Shown: positions 42,926 to 53,646, counted from the first letter of the stretch. The stretch: DNA of 64,000 bases from Abditibacterium sp. (GCA_965246885.1 CBDFFV010000001.1:1-64000), one strand, 5' to 3'. The notes: generated from the sequence alone by a model not told the origin. Numbers and translations: made by a program.

Positions 42926-43966
42926 ATGAAAACAGCACTCATCACAGGCATTACTGGGCAAGATGGCTCTTATTTGGCAGAACTCCTTTTGGAGCGCGGC
43001 TACAATGTTCACGGTATCGTGCGCCGCTCCTCGACGTTTAACACCGGTCGAATAGACCACTTGTGCGGCGAGAACGCCAACACCAATTTGACCCTCCACT
43101 ACGGCGACCTGAGCGACGCGACGGGACTGATGCGCCTCATCGCGCAATTGGAGCCGGACGAGATTTACAATCTGGGCGCGCAATCGCACGTCAAAGTCTC
43201 GTGGGACGAAGCGCAGTACACGGCGGACGTCACTGGCGTGGGCGTTTTGCGCCTTTTGGAAGCGGTGCGCGAAGTGCAAGAGCGCACGGGCAAGCCCATC
43301 CGTTTTTATCAAGCCTCCAGTTCCGAGATGTACGGCAGCGCGCCGCCGCCGCAACGTCTGGACACCCCCTTTCACCCCCGTAGTCCGTACGCGTGCGCGA
43401 AGGTGTATGGCTTTTGGCAGACCGTCAATCACCGCGAAAGCTACGGCATCTTCGCGTGCAACGGTCTGCTCTTCAACCACGAAAGCCCGCGCCGGGGCGA
43501 AACGTTTGTGACGCGCAAAATCACGCGCGCGGTGGGCCGCATCAAGATGGGCTTGCAGAAGAAACTGCTGCTGGGCAACCTCGACGCCAAGCGCGACTGG
43601 GGTCACGCCCGCGATTACGTCGAAGCGATGTTCCTGATGCTTCAACAAGACGAAGCGCGCGATTACGTCGTGGCAACGGGCGAAGCGTACTCCGTGCGCG
43701 AGTTCGCGGCGCGCGCCTTTGCCCTTGTGGATTTGGACTGGGAAGAGTTTGTCGAGGTCAACCCGAAGTTTTTCCGCTTGGCCGAAGTCGAGCATTTGCT
43801 CGGCGACCCGCAGGAAACCTTCCGCTTGCTCGATTGGCACCCCAAAACTTCCTTTGACCAACTGGTCGAGGAGATGGTGGACGCCGATTTGGAATCGGCG
43901 CGCCGCGAGCGGGTGCTGGCCGACTCCGGTCTGTCGCTCGCCCTCGCCGGTGTGGGCAACGAATAG
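42926..43966 (+). CDS. gmd: GDP-mannose 4,6-dehydratase
   Basis: [31 protein letters not shown] and [16 protein letters not shown]. Confidence 0.95.
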   Translation: MKTALITGITGQDGSYLAELLLERGYNVHGIVRRSSTFNTGRIDHLCGENANTNLTLHYGDLSDATGLMRLIAQLEPDEIYNLGAQSHVKVSWDEAQYTADVTGVGVLRLLEAVREVQERTGKPIRFYQASSSEMYGSAPPPQRLDTPFHPRSPYACAKVYGFWQTVNHRESYGIFACNGLLFNHESPRRGETFVTRKITRAVGRIKMGLQKKLLLGNLDAKRDWGHARDYVEAMFLMLQQDEARDYVVATGEAYSVREFAARAFALVDLDWEEFVEVNPKFFRLAEVEHLLGDPQETFRLLDWHPKTSFDQLVEEMVDADLESARRERVLADSGLSLALAGVGNE

Positions 43967-43981
43967 GGCGGCGGATGAGTC

Positions 43982-44077
43982 ACCGACGCGCGCCGATGAA
44001 TGACGCACGCGCGGGAATCAATGGCGCGCATGGCGGAATCGTTGGCGCGCGTGCGTCATTCATCGGCGCGGGTCGGT
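43982..44077. repeat. Intergenic inverted repeat, 31-bp arms (1 mismatch)
   Basis: ACCGACGCGCGCCGATGAATGACGCACGCGC at 43982-44012; reverse complement at 44047-44077. Confidence 0.85.
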
Positions 44078-44096
44078 TGCGAGCTACTTTCTTTTC

Positions 44097-45143
44097 ATGC
44101 CTAACGCGCTGATTACCGGGATTCGTGGACAAGACGGGGCGTATCTCGCCAAGTTGCTTCTCGACCGGGGGTATGCCGTCTGGGGCGCGGTGCGGTCGCA
44201 AACGGCCTCAAGCGAGGTGTCGGGCGAACTGGTCGGGAATGACCGCGCGTCGGTGCAACTTCCGGCCCTCGAAGTGCTTGGCATCGCCGACCAAGTGCGC
44301 TTGGTGTCGGTGGACTACCTGCAGATTGACTCGCTCGCGCGGGTGCTCGATTTGTCGCGGCCCGATGAACTGTACAACCTCGCGGCGCAAAGCTCGGTCG
44401 CGCGCTCGTTCGAGGCACCAACAGAAACGGGGGAAGTGACCGGCTTGGGGGTGGCGCGCTTGCTCCATGCCGTGCGTCAAGTGAGTCCGAAGACACGCTT
44501 TTATCAAGCGTCGAGTTCCGAAATGTTCGGGCGCACGCGCGAAACTCCCCAGAACGAGGGGACGCCGTTTTATCCGCGCAGCCCGTACGGAGCGGCGAAG
44601 GTGTACGCGCATTGCATGACGATCAACTACCGCGAAGCGTTCGGCTTGTTCGCGTGTAACGGGATTTTATTCAATCACGAGTCGCCCCTGCGCCCGGAGC
44701 GGTTCGTGACGCGCAAAATTTGCGAGGGCGTGGCGCGCATTAAGATGGGCCAGCAAAGCGAGCTTGTGCTTGGCAACATTGAGGTGGAGCGGGACTGGGG
44801 CTTTGCGGGCGATTACGTCGCAGCGATGCACTTGATGCTCCAGCAGAAGGAGGCGAGCGACTTCATTATAGCGACCGGCCAGACCCATTCGTTGCGCGCG
44901 TTCGTCGAGCGCGCTTTCGCGTGCGCGGGATTGCGCTTCGAGGATTGGGTGCGGGTGGATACCGGACTGTATCGTCCGTCGGAAGTGAACACGGTGGTGG
45001 GCGATGCGAGCCGCGCGCACGCGCTGTTGGGTTGGAGGCCGCGCGTCTCGTTCGCGGAGTTGGTCGAGTTCTTGGTGGAAGTCGAACTGCGCCGCGCGCG
45101 GGGCGAGGCCATTCCCAGTTATTATCCGCCTTCGGCCCGCTAA
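44097..45143 (+). CDS. gmd: Second GDP-mannose 4,6-dehydratase paralog
   Basis: ALITGIRGQDGAYLA, YNLAAQSSV, RSPYGAAK and NHESPLR. Confidence 0.85.
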   Translation: MPNALITGIRGQDGAYLAKLLLDRGYAVWGAVRSQTASSEVSGELVGNDRASVQLPALEVLGIADQVRLVSVDYLQIDSLARVLDLSRPDELYNLAAQSSVARSFEAPTETGEVTGLGVARLLHAVRQVSPKTRFYQASSSEMFGRTRETPQNEGTPFYPRSPYGAAKVYAHCMTINYREAFGLFACNGILFNHESPLRPERFVTRKICEGVARIKMGQQSELVLGNIEVERDWGFAGDYVAAMHLMLQQKEASDFIIATGQTHSLRAFVERAFACAGLRFEDWVRVDTGLYRPSEVNTVVGDASRAHALLGWRPRVSFAELVEFLVEVELRRARGEAIPSYYPPSAR

Positions 45144-45386
45144 TCGGGTGTCGTCTCCTTTATCACGGTGGAACCCCCTCGAAATTAGGCCAAAAGCGTC
45201 CAGTTAATGGCCGTCAACTTGCCTTCTTCTGGTGGGCGTAGTAGGCTTATGGCCGTTTGTCGCCGCGTTTCGGGTTTCGACCGGGAGGGCAGGGGACATT
45301 TGATGGATGCTTCAGTCACCGTCAGCGCGGGGAAAACCCCGTCGGATGCTTCAGTCACCGACCCCGTTTTTCCAAAGGTAACAACT

Positions 45387-47210
45387 ATGAACGCTCAATC
45401 TTCATCGCGGGAACAACTTCCCGCCGCGTCGCGCCGCTCCGTGTGGGCGGAGCTAACGCAAAACCGCATCGTCGCGCTTGTGCTGGCGATGATCGTGGCG
45501 GTTCCGCTTTTGGCGGCGCCCGCCGACCGCAACCTGCACGGCGTGGCCGCCATCACGCTCGAAACCTTCGCCCTGTTCCTGATGACCGCGCTCTTGTGGC
45601 GCGCGAAGTGGGACTTGCGCGCCGAGAACGTGCGCCGCTTCCTTGGAACGGGCGCCAACTTGCCCATCGTGGCGTTGCTTGGCCTGATGACCGTCTCCTG
45701 CGTCTTTTCGCCGGTCAAATTGTTCTCGATTCAGGAGCTTTTGCGCACTGGGTCGGGCATCCTATTGTATTTCGTGGTGGCGTATCAATTCCGCCAATCG
45801 AAGCACCTCTCTTTGCTGGTCAACGTCGTCCTAAGCCTGTCGGCTTTGGTCGCTCTGGGCGGCATGATTGGCTATCAACTCTTCTCCGAAGCGCGCGCGA
45901 GCGCGGTTTTCGGCAATTCGCAGCCCCTCGCCTCGTTCGTGATGTTGCTTTTGCCGCTTGTGGCGGCGCTCGCGTGGACGGACAAAAGCCTCGCGCGCCG
46001 CAACGTGGCCACCATCGTCGCGGTGCTGATGGTCGGTTGCTTGATGCTCACTCAAGGCCGGAGCGCGTGGGCTGGTGCCCTCGCCGGTTTGGTGACGCTC
46101 GCCTTTTTGACCCGTCTCGGCGTTCCGGCGCTGGACAAAACGGCCTCTGCTGCTCCGCTTCGCGCCCGCAAACATTTGCTCGTGTGGCCGGTTTTGGTCG
46201 CCGTGATTGCGGTCGGCTTTTTGGCCATCACGAAGTCGCAGAACAACTCGATTGACTCGCACGCCGTTGCCGCGCAGAACCTGTCCGCCGATGGTTCGTG
46301 GCAGTCGCGCTTGGTGTCGTGGCGCGGCGCGGTCAAGATGATCGAGGCCAAGCCGCTCACGGGATGGGGAACGGGAACGTTCCCAGTGTACCAGCGCGCG
46401 TTTACTGGCCAAGGCGCGGTTATTAACCCGACCGGCGCCGGTGTGCGTGTGTCGCTCGCCGAGCAAGCGCACAACTACTACTTGCAAACGGCGGCGGAAC
46501 TGGGCTTGCCCGGTTTGCTGTTGTCGCTGAGCGTGTTCGCGCTCTTTTTGCGCGCCGGTGTGCGCCGCTTGAACGCGATGGAAGCCGGTGTGCGCCGCAC
46601 GCTTTTGATAGGCACGCTCGCCGCGACAGTTGCGTTCTTGGTGGACGCCCTCGCTTCCCCGTCGTGGCAGTATGGGCAAACCTCGATGTTTCTCTGGTTG
46701 GCGATGGGTGTGGGCACGAGTTGCCTGCGTCCGCGTGCCAAGCGCGAGCAAACCCTCGAAGTTCACTCGGCCTCGCGTCGCATGGTCTTGATCAGCCGTC
46801 CGGCGGCGGCGGGGTTGTTTCTGTCGTGCGTGACGCTCTTGCCGACCGCCTTCGCTTCGGCGCAGTCGTTCGATTACAACACGAGTGATAGCCCCACCAA
46901 AATTGACACCGGCACCGCCATCACTTATGGTGTGGCTGGCGTTGGTGCTTTGGCGCTTCTCATTTCCAGTCTGAGCGAGGGCGTCGCTGGTGGCGCTGCC
47001 GGTGCGGCGGCTGGCGCGGCGGCTGGCTCTGGCGCGGGTGGCGCGAGTGCGGCGGGCGCCCATGCCCCCGGATCGGGCGGCTTTAACCCCAACGGCACAA
47101 GCCCGGGCAGTGGCACGGGCGAGGCGACTGGTGCGGAGCCGAGCACTCCCGATTCTAACTCCGCTCCTGCTGCGACGCCGACGACCCCGGCTCCCGCTCC
47201 TGCTGGCTAA
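45387..47210 (+). CDS. O-antigen ligase family protein with low-complexity C-terminal extension
   Basis: FGNSQP, LTQGRSAW, SRL..W, GWGTG and AHNYYLQTAAELG motifs; Gly/Ala/Ser/Thr/Pro tail; start at MNAQSS. Confidence 0.82.
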   Translation: MNAQSSSREQLPAASRRSVWAELTQNRIVALVLAMIVAVPLLAAPADRNLHGVAAITLETFALFLMTALLWRAKWDLRAENVRRFLGTGANLPIVALLGLMTVSCVFSPVKLFSIQELLRTGSGILLYFVVAYQFRQSKHLSLLVNVVLSLSALVALGGMIGYQLFSEARASAVFGNSQPLASFVMLLLPLVAALAWTDKSLARRNVATIVAVLMVGCLMLTQGRSAWAGALAGLVTLAFLTRLGVPALDKTASAAPLRARKHLLVWPVLVAVIAVGFLAITKSQNNSIDSHAVAAQNLSADGSWQSRLVSWRGAVKMIEAKPLTGWGTGTFPVYQRAFTGQGAVINPTGAGVRVSLAEQAHNYYLQTAAELGLPGLLLSLSVFALFLRAGVRRLNAMEAGVRRTLLIGTLAATVAFLVDALASPSWQYGQTSMFLWLAMGVGTSCLRPRAKREQTLEVHSASRRMVLISRPAAAGLFLSCVTLLPTAFASAQSFDYNTSDSPTKIDTGTAITYGVAGVGALALLISSLSEGVAGGAAGAAAGAAAGSGAGGASAAGAHAPGSGGFNPNGTSPGSGTGEATGAEPSTPDSNSAPAATPTTPAPAPAG

Positions 47211-47224
47211 AACCCTGCATCTCC

Positions 47225-47260
47225 CGAACTGCCTGATTCCTCGTTGAATCAGGCAGTTCG
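47225..47260. terminator. 15-bp perfect stem-loop downstream of the ligase gene
   Basis: CGAACTGCCTGATTC-CTCGTT-GAATCAGGCAGTTCG; no strong U-tract. Confidence 0.55.
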
Positions 47261-47348
47261 AGCGTTAGGGCTTTTCTGCGCGACGCCTTTTTCTTGGACT
47301 TCGACCGAATACAACCCAGTCCGCCGCTCGGCGAACTATATAGCAGTC

Positions 47349-49352
47349 ATGGTCAATTCTATTCCCAGCCCCCGTCACCCTCAAGGGACTCTGGTTCCGG
47401 CGCGCCACGTCATTGATTTGATTTTGCGGTGGCCTCGCCTTGATCTTCTCAAGCCCGTCTTTGACTTGTTGCTCATCACGCTGGGCGCGGCGTGGGCGTG
47501 GGGTGTTTGCTATGGGCAAGTGTCCCATCCCGGTTCGCCGCTTCCGTTTTTGGCGTCGGTGCTGATGGCGCGGGCGGCCATCTACTTTGGTTTGCGGTTG
47601 CATCGCACCTCGTGGCTGCATGTGTCGCGCTTTGAAGTGCTGTGGCTGGGCGTTAGCGCTCTCGCGGGGCCTTGGCTAATTGCGTTCGTCTTGTGGGTTC
47701 TTCCCGATCCGTTTACGCTGCGTGCGCTGACCCGCCCAGAAATTATCTTTTCGACCGAAGCGGCGTTTTACCTGCTGCTCCTGTTTGGCGCCCGCATCAC
47801 GGCGCGGGCGCTGGCGCACTCGAAGCGGCCCCACAACCTGCGCCGCGTGCTCATTGTCGGTGCCGGAGAGAGCGGGCGCTCGCTCGCGTATCAGTTGCAA
47901 GAAACGGTCAATACCTACCAAGCCGTCGGCTTTTTGGACGACGACCCAGCGCTGGAAGGCCGCGCGTATCGCGGGTTAAAGGTGCTGGGCACCACGTATC
48001 AACTGCGCGAAGTAGCGAGTCTGGCCGAAGTGCAGGAAGTGGTCATCGCCATTACTGCGCTCGCGCCCGACCGCGTGCGCGAGATTTTGAGCGAGTGCGA
48101 GCGATGCGAGGTGCGCGTGCGGATTCTGCCGCCGCTCACCGAACTCATCGGCGGACGCCCCGATTTCAAGGCCATCCGCGAGGTTTCGATGGACGACCTT
48201 TTGCCCCGTCCCGCCGTCGCGCTCGATATGGCCGCCATCACTGCTTATCTGGCGGGCCGCACTGTGTTGGTGACGGGCGGCGGCGGCTCGATTGGCGGCG
48301 AACTGTGTCGCCAAGCGCTCGCGGCGGGCGCGAAGCGGCTGCTCGTTTTGGGGCGGGGGGAGAACAGCGTCTTTGAAGCGCTGCAAAACCTCAACGAGTT
48401 GCGCATGGGCGACCATTGCTGCGCGTGCGAACTGATTCCCGTCATCTGCGACGTGCGCGATCGTCCGGCGCTGCGGCAAATCTTCGAGAAGTATCAGCCC
48501 GAAGTCGTCTTCCACGCGGCGGCGCACAAGCACGTCCCGCTTATGGAGCAGTATCCGTGCGAGGCGGTCAAGAACAATGTGCTGGGCACGCTCAACGTCG
48601 TGGAGCTTTCGGCGCAAAATCATGTGAAGCAACTGGTGCTGGTTTCGACGGATAAAGCCGTCGCGCCGACGAGCGTGATGGGCGCGACCAAGCGCATCAC
48701 CGAGATGATTATCCAGTCGCACCGCGCGAAGAAGGACTTCGATATCGTGTGTGTGCGCTTTGGCAACGTGCTGGGCAGTCGGGGCAGCGTGGTGCCGACG
48801 ATGACGCGCCAAATTCGGCGCGGCCTGCCCGTAACGGTGACTGACCCGGACATGGTGCGCTTTTTCATGACCATCCCGGAAGCGGTGCAACTTATCCTGC
48901 AAGCGGGCGCCGTCGGCGGCAGGGGTGAAGTGTTCATCCTTGATATGGGCCATCCGGTCAAGATACTCGACCTCGCCCACGATCTGATCCGCTTGCACGG
49001 CATGGTGCCGGGTCAAGACATCCCGATTCACATCATCGGCAGGCGTCCCGGCGAGAAGATGTACGAGGAGTTGCTGACGGGCCGCGAACTGTCGAGCGCG
49101 CAAAAGCGTGGGCCGTTCTATGTCGCTTCGACGTCGCCCATTGACCGCGAGGAGTTCTTGCGTCAGGTGCGCGCGCTTATCGAACTGGGGCAAGCGGGCG
49201 AGGAAGCCGGAGTGCGGCGGCTGTTGCGCGAAATCGTGCCGGAGTTCCATACTCCTGTCCCGCCCATCATCGCCGCGCCGCGCGAACCCCAGTTCCTGCC
49301 GGAAGCAGACCGCGCGCCGTCGCTGGTGGTTGCCGGACACGGCTTCAACTAA
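47349..49352 (+). CDS. Membrane-bound nucleoside-diphosphate sugar 4,6-dehydratase (CapD/PglF/WbpM family)
   Basis: N-terminal TMs; IVGAGESG, TGGGGSIGGE, HAAAHKHVP, STDKAV and RFGNVLGSRGSV. Confidence 0.92.
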   Translation: MVNSIPSPRHPQGTLVPARHVIDLILRWPRLDLLKPVFDLLLITLGAAWAWGVCYGQVSHPGSPLPFLASVLMARAAIYFGLRLHRTSWLHVSRFEVLWLGVSALAGPWLIAFVLWVLPDPFTLRALTRPEIIFSTEAAFYLLLLFGARITARALAHSKRPHNLRRVLIVGAGESGRSLAYQLQETVNTYQAVGFLDDDPALEGRAYRGLKVLGTTYQLREVASLAEVQEVVIAITALAPDRVREILSECERCEVRVRILPPLTELIGGRPDFKAIREVSMDDLLPRPAVALDMAAITAYLAGRTVLVTGGGGSIGGELCRQALAAGAKRLLVLGRGENSVFEALQNLNELRMGDHCCACELIPVICDVRDRPALRQIFEKYQPEVVFHAAAHKHVPLMEQYPCEAVKNNVLGTLNVVELSAQNHVKQLVLVSTDKAVAPTSVMGATKRITEMIIQSHRAKKDFDIVCVRFGNVLGSRGSVVPTMTRQIRRGLPVTVTDPDMVRFFMTIPEAVQLILQAGAVGGRGEVFILDMGHPVKILDLAHDLIRLHGMVPGQDIPIHIIGRRPGEKMYEELLTGRELSSAQKRGPFYVASTSPIDREEFLRQVRALIELGQAGEEAGVRRLLREIVPEFHTPVPPIIAAPREPQFLPEADRAPSLVVAGHGFN

Positions 49353-49366
49353 GCCAAACTCATTTT

Positions 49367-51277
49367 ATGTGCGGTATCGCGGGCATCGTGTCCGGCAACC
49401 AACCCCCCGGCGACCTCGAAAAGCGCGTTCGGTCTATGACCGATGAGATGTTTCATCGTGGCCCGGACGACGGCGGAACGTATTTGTCCGACGACCGCCG
49501 CGTCGCATTTGGAGCGCGCCGCTTGGCCATTCAAGACCTCAGCCCCGCCGGTCATATGCCCATGACCAGCGCCGACCGCCGGGTATGCATCACCTACAAC
49601 GGCGAGGTCTACAACGCGCCCGAACTGCGCGCCGAACTCGAACGACAAGGCCACTTTTTCGCTTCGCACTCCGACACCGAAGTCATTCTGCACGCCTACC
49701 AAGCGTGGGGAGAACAGTGCGTCGAGCGCTTGCGCGGCATGTTCGCTTTCGCCATCCACGACGCGCGCGCAGGCAAAGCGGGCGCGGGACGGGTGTTTCT
49801 GGCACGCGACCGCTTGGGCATCAAGCCGCTTTACATCGCGGACACTGCGCGCGGGTGGGTGTTCGCTTCCGAACTGCGCGCCATCCAAGCGAGCGGGCTG
49901 ATAAGCCGCGACCTCAGTAGCGCCGGAATCGTCGGCTTTTTGATGCTGGGCGCCGTTCCCAATCCGCTCACTATCTACCGCGAAGTGCGCGCGCTCCAGC
50001 CGGGGCACACGCTGTCCATCGCACTGGGCGACACGGGCACGCCCACTCCGAAGCGATATTGGGCGTTGCCAACGAACACGGTTGAAACGAGCCACGAAGC
50101 CGCCGTCGAGGAAATTCAGCACCTGCTCCATGAAGCGGTGCGCACAGAGTTGGTGTCGGACGTGCCGTTGGGCGCGTTTTTGAGCGGCGGCTTGGATTCG
50201 AGCGGCATCGTCGCCCTCATGCGCGGCGCGACGAGTGGGCCGATTCGCACTTGCTCGATGGTCTTCGAGGAAAGCGAGTATTCGGAAGCGCCCTTTGCGC
50301 GGGCGATGGCGGAGTTTGTCGGCGCGGAACACTTCGAGCGCACCATCACCGCGCGCGACCTCCATGACGAACTGCCCAACATCTTCCGGGCAATGGATCA
50401 GCCCACGCTCGACGGCGTGAACACCTACTTCGTGTCGCAAACCGCGCGGCAGGCGGGCCTCACCGTCGCGCTGTCGGGGTTAGGCGGCGATGAACTGTTT
50501 GGCGGCTACCCGAACACTTTCGCGGGCGTGCCGCAGATGATGCGGCATCTGTCGCGCGCACAGATAATTCCCGGCGGCGCGGCCCTTGCGCGCGGCGCCA
50601 TCGGCCTCCTACCGCAAAAGCACCGCTTGGCGCGCGTCCATGAAGCGTTGGGGCGACCCGTCTCGCCCGCAAGCGCGTATCTGACGCGGCGCGGTTTGTT
50701 CGCGCGCCACGAAGTCCAAGCGCTTTTGTCGCGCGAGGTGTGGGAGGAGGGGCTGCGCGAGTTCGATGCGGTCGCACACGTCGCGGCGCGCGCCGATTGC
50801 AACGGCGTGCCCATCGAAGCGGGCGGGGATGTCTTCGAGTGGACGAGCCGCGCGGAGCTTGGCACCTACACTCATCACCAACTGCTGCGCGACACCGACG
50901 CCATGAGCATGGCGCACTCCTTGGAAGTGCGCGTGCCGCTCCTCGACCACAAACTGGTCGAAGCCGCGCTCCGCTTGCCCGCCGCCATTAAACGCCAAGG
51001 GGAAGGGCCAAAGCCGTTACTGGGCGCGGCGCTCCATGACCTGTTGCCGCCCCTCATCCGCGAGCGGCGCGACAAAAAGGGGTTCACTATGCCCTTCGAT
51101 CAGTGGATACAAGGGATGCGCGGCGATTTTGCGGGCGGCGGGCAAGCGCATCTGTGGCAACGCGGGGCGGTCGAGCAGGTATGGGAGCATCATGCCGCGA
51201 ACCGAATGCACTGGTCGCGCGCGTGGGCGCTGTTGTCCTTGGAACGTTGGATGGAGGAACGAGCGCGCGCGGTGTAA
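49367..51277 (+). CDS. asnB: Glutamine-hydrolysing asparagine synthase-family amidotransferase (probably sugar amidation, WbpS-like)
   Basis: MCGIAG N-terminal Cys, HRGPD, NGEVYN, LSGGLDSS and LSGLGGDELFGGY; located in a polysaccharide operon. Confidence 0.9.
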   Translation: MCGIAGIVSGNQPPGDLEKRVRSMTDEMFHRGPDDGGTYLSDDRRVAFGARRLAIQDLSPAGHMPMTSADRRVCITYNGEVYNAPELRAELERQGHFFASHSDTEVILHAYQAWGEQCVERLRGMFAFAIHDARAGKAGAGRVFLARDRLGIKPLYIADTARGWVFASELRAIQASGLISRDLSSAGIVGFLMLGAVPNPLTIYREVRALQPGHTLSIALGDTGTPTPKRYWALPTNTVETSHEAAVEEIQHLLHEAVRTELVSDVPLGAFLSGGLDSSGIVALMRGATSGPIRTCSMVFEESEYSEAPFARAMAEFVGAEHFERTITARDLHDELPNIFRAMDQPTLDGVNTYFVSQTARQAGLTVALSGLGGDELFGGYPNTFAGVPQMMRHLSRAQIIPGGAALARGAIGLLPQKHRLARVHEALGRPVSPASAYLTRRGLFARHEVQALLSREVWEEGLREFDAVAHVAARADCNGVPIEAGGDVFEWTSRAELGTYTHHQLLRDTDAMSMAHSLEVRVPLLDHKLVEAALRLPAAIKRQGEGPKPLLGAALHDLLPPLIRERRDKKGFTMPFDQWIQGMRGDFAGGGQAHLWQRGAVEQVWEHHAANRMHWSRAWALLSLERWMEERARAV

Positions 51278-51299
51278 GCGATGTTCATGGAGAATCTCA

Positions 51300-52805
51300 A
51301 TGTCTATTAGCGGTCGCGTCCTGCGGGGCACCGCGTTTATTTCGGGTGCCACGCTGTTAGCGCGCGTGGGCACTTTTCTGGCGAATCTGGCGATCATCCG
51401 CTTGCTGGGGCGCGAGGGAATCGGGCAGTTGGGACTCATCGAAAGTTGGTTGGGCGTCACCACGCTTTTCTCCCTCGCGGGTGTGGGCGTGGGGCTAACC
51501 AAGTTCGTTTCGCAGTATTGGAAAAGCGACAACGAGCGCAGCGCGGGCATCACCGCCACCGCGCTGTTGGTCGCCACGTTGATGAGTTTGGGCGTGGGAG
51601 TGGGCGTGTATCTCTGCATTGGCTTGGGGTTGTGGAAGCACGAGCAGATCGGGGTGCTCTTCCGCGCGAACTGTCTCTTGTTCCTCGCCCTGATTCTGGT
51701 CGTCTCGCTCAAGCAGACCGTGACCAACGTCATCTACGGCTTCCAAGAGTTCTCGTCGCTGGTTCGAGCCAATATCGCGGTCGGCATCTTCAGCTTTCCC
51801 GTCTCGTTTCTCCTCGTTAAAATGCACGGACTGCAAGGGGCGCTTGAATCTCGCCTGCTGTTGGCGGTCATCGAGTTGGCGTGGTTGGGGTGGGCGATGG
51901 GAGCCGTGTTGCGCCGCGAGAAAGCGCCTTTGCACTTGCGCGAGATGCGGCGCGACGGAAAAGAGTTGCTTCTGTTTGGCTTGCCCACCTTTATCGGGCA
52001 GTTGGCATCGAACCCGGTGCAGCCGTTCATGCTCACCTTTTTAGCGTCGCAGCCGGGCGGCTTGGCGCAGGTGGGCCTTATCACCATCGCGCAGCGTTTG
52101 GTGGCGCTGGTGAATTTCCTCCCCGGCTCGATGTCGTCCACCCTTATCCCCGTGCTGTCGAGCGAATGGGGAAGCGGAAGCGCATCCCGCTTTCGGGAAA
52201 GCGCGCTCGCAACGCTGCGCCTGTGCTGGCTGTGCACGTTGCCCATCGTCGTCTTCTTTGCGGCAGCCAGCCCGTTTGTGCTGAGCCGCTTGTATGGTCA
52301 GGGCTTTTCGGCGGCGTGGCCCACCGCGTTCATCCTGCTGCTCATCGCGTTGCTGGGAAGTTTGAACGAGACGGCGGATCGCTCGTTCATCGCGGCGGGG
52401 CGAGTGTGGCTTTCCACGTCGAACAATTTCGTCTGGCTCGCCCTCTTTGTGCCGTTGGCGTGGTATCTGATTCCCGCTCATGGCGCGCGGGGCTACGTCG
52501 TGGGGTTTCTATTCACGTTCGAGCTGTACGTGACGTTGCAGATGTGGTGGCTGTATCGCTTGTTCCGGGTGGACACGCCTGCCCTGTTCCCGATGGTCTT
52601 TACTTCAGCCGCTTTGCTATCCCTAAGTTGGATGGTGGCGGCGGCGCACCAATGGGCGTGGGTGGGCGCCCTTGTGCTGACGGCGCTGACTTTGTTGCTG
52701 GAAGTGCGCTACTTCCTCACTGCGTCCGAGCAGCAGGCGTTGGCCCGCCGCTTTCAAAACACTGGCTTGGGGCGAAGAATCGCCACTCGGTTGGTGCGAG
52801 CGTGA
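51300..52805 (+). CDS. wzx: Oligosaccharide flippase (Wzx, MOP family)
   Basis: Start MSISGRVLRG; IRLLGREGIG motif; many TM segments. Confidence 0.8.
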   Translation: MSISGRVLRGTAFISGATLLARVGTFLANLAIIRLLGREGIGQLGLIESWLGVTTLFSLAGVGVGLTKFVSQYWKSDNERSAGITATALLVATLMSLGVGVGVYLCIGLGLWKHEQIGVLFRANCLLFLALILVVSLKQTVTNVIYGFQEFSSLVRANIAVGIFSFPVSFLLVKMHGLQGALESRLLLAVIELAWLGWAMGAVLRREKAPLHLREMRRDGKELLLFGLPTFIGQLASNPVQPFMLTFLASQPGGLAQVGLITIAQRLVALVNFLPGSMSSTLIPVLSSEWGSGSASRFRESALATLRLCWLCTLPIVVFFAAASPFVLSRLYGQGFSAAWPTAFILLLIALLGSLNETADRSFIAAGRVWLSTSNNFVWLALFVPLAWYLIPAHGARGYVVGFLFTFELYVTLQMWWLYRLFRVDTPALFPMVFTSAALLSLSWMVAAAHQWAWVGALVLTALTLLLEVRYFLTASEQQALARRFQNTGLGRRIATRLVRA

Positions 52806-52824
52806 TGGGGAGGTTGACTATTCG

Positions 52825-53475
52825 ATGAACCGTTTGCTCAGGGTCTGGACAAGGCATGGCTGGCGGACACCTTTCGTGGCAGTGGGCATGGCCTGCGAGC
52901 GTTTCCAAGGCGTCCGGGGCTGGCTCCATCTGGGGTGGCTGCGCTTTGCGACGCGCGGGCGCAAAGGGCGAAACATCTGGATCGGCAAATCGGTCAGCGT
53001 TTCGCCGGGCGGCCATCTGGATATGGAGGGGGATTTGTATATCGGGGAGCGTTGCTCCTTCATAATCTCGGTCGCCCCCAGAGGGCGCGTAAGCATCGGC
53101 ACCAACACGTGGCTGTCGCGCGATTGCCTCGTGGGTTGCAACCGCTCCGTTCACATCGGCTCCCATGTCCTCATTGGCGAGTTCGTTTCCATCCGCGACA
53201 GCACGCACTCCCACGCCAACGTGGAAGTGCCAATCAAAGGGCAGGGGGACATCTTGGGCACCATTCGCATCGAGGACGACGTGTGGATCGGGCGCGGGTG
53301 CTTGATTCAGGGGCGTCCCGAAGGCATCACCATTGGAAGCGGCAGCATTGTCGGCGCCAACAGCGTGGTGTCGCGCTCCATTCCGCCCATGCAAGTTTGG
53401 GGTGGCGTCCCCGCGCGCTTCATCAAAAACCGGGAGGGCAAGGCGGGCGCCGCTCAAGACTCTATAGGCACCTGA
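52825..53475 (+). CDS. Hexapeptide-repeat (LbH) O-acyltransferase
   Basis: IRIEDDVWIG..ITIGSGSIVGANSVV..GGVPARFIK. Confidence 0.88.
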   Translation: MNRLLRVWTRHGWRTPFVAVGMACERFQGVRGWLHLGWLRFATRGRKGRNIWIGKSVSVSPGGHLDMEGDLYIGERCSFIISVAPRGRVSIGTNTWLSRDCLVGCNRSVHIGSHVLIGEFVSIRDSTHSHANVEVPIKGQGDILGTIRIEDDVWIGRGCLIQGRPEGITIGSGSIVGANSVVSRSIPPMQVWGGVPARFIKNREGKAGAAQDSIGT

Positions 53476-53646
53476 GGGCTTCGGCGTAGGCGCCCATGTT
53501 TCTAAAGACGGTATACAAAAGGCGCTCCAATCTTCCATGAACAACCGATTCTTGCTGCCTCCGCCCGATGCTCCCACTCTTCGTGCGGCGGCGCTCGTTC
53601 CCCGTTCACCGGCAGCGTCTGCGCCGGATATTACCTATGCATCTCT

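Noticed and set aside
49367..51277. Second lasso cyclase
   Set aside because: Has the intact N-terminal Cys glutaminase domain (MCGIAG), sits in the polysaccharide operon and has no neighbouring B or precursor genes.
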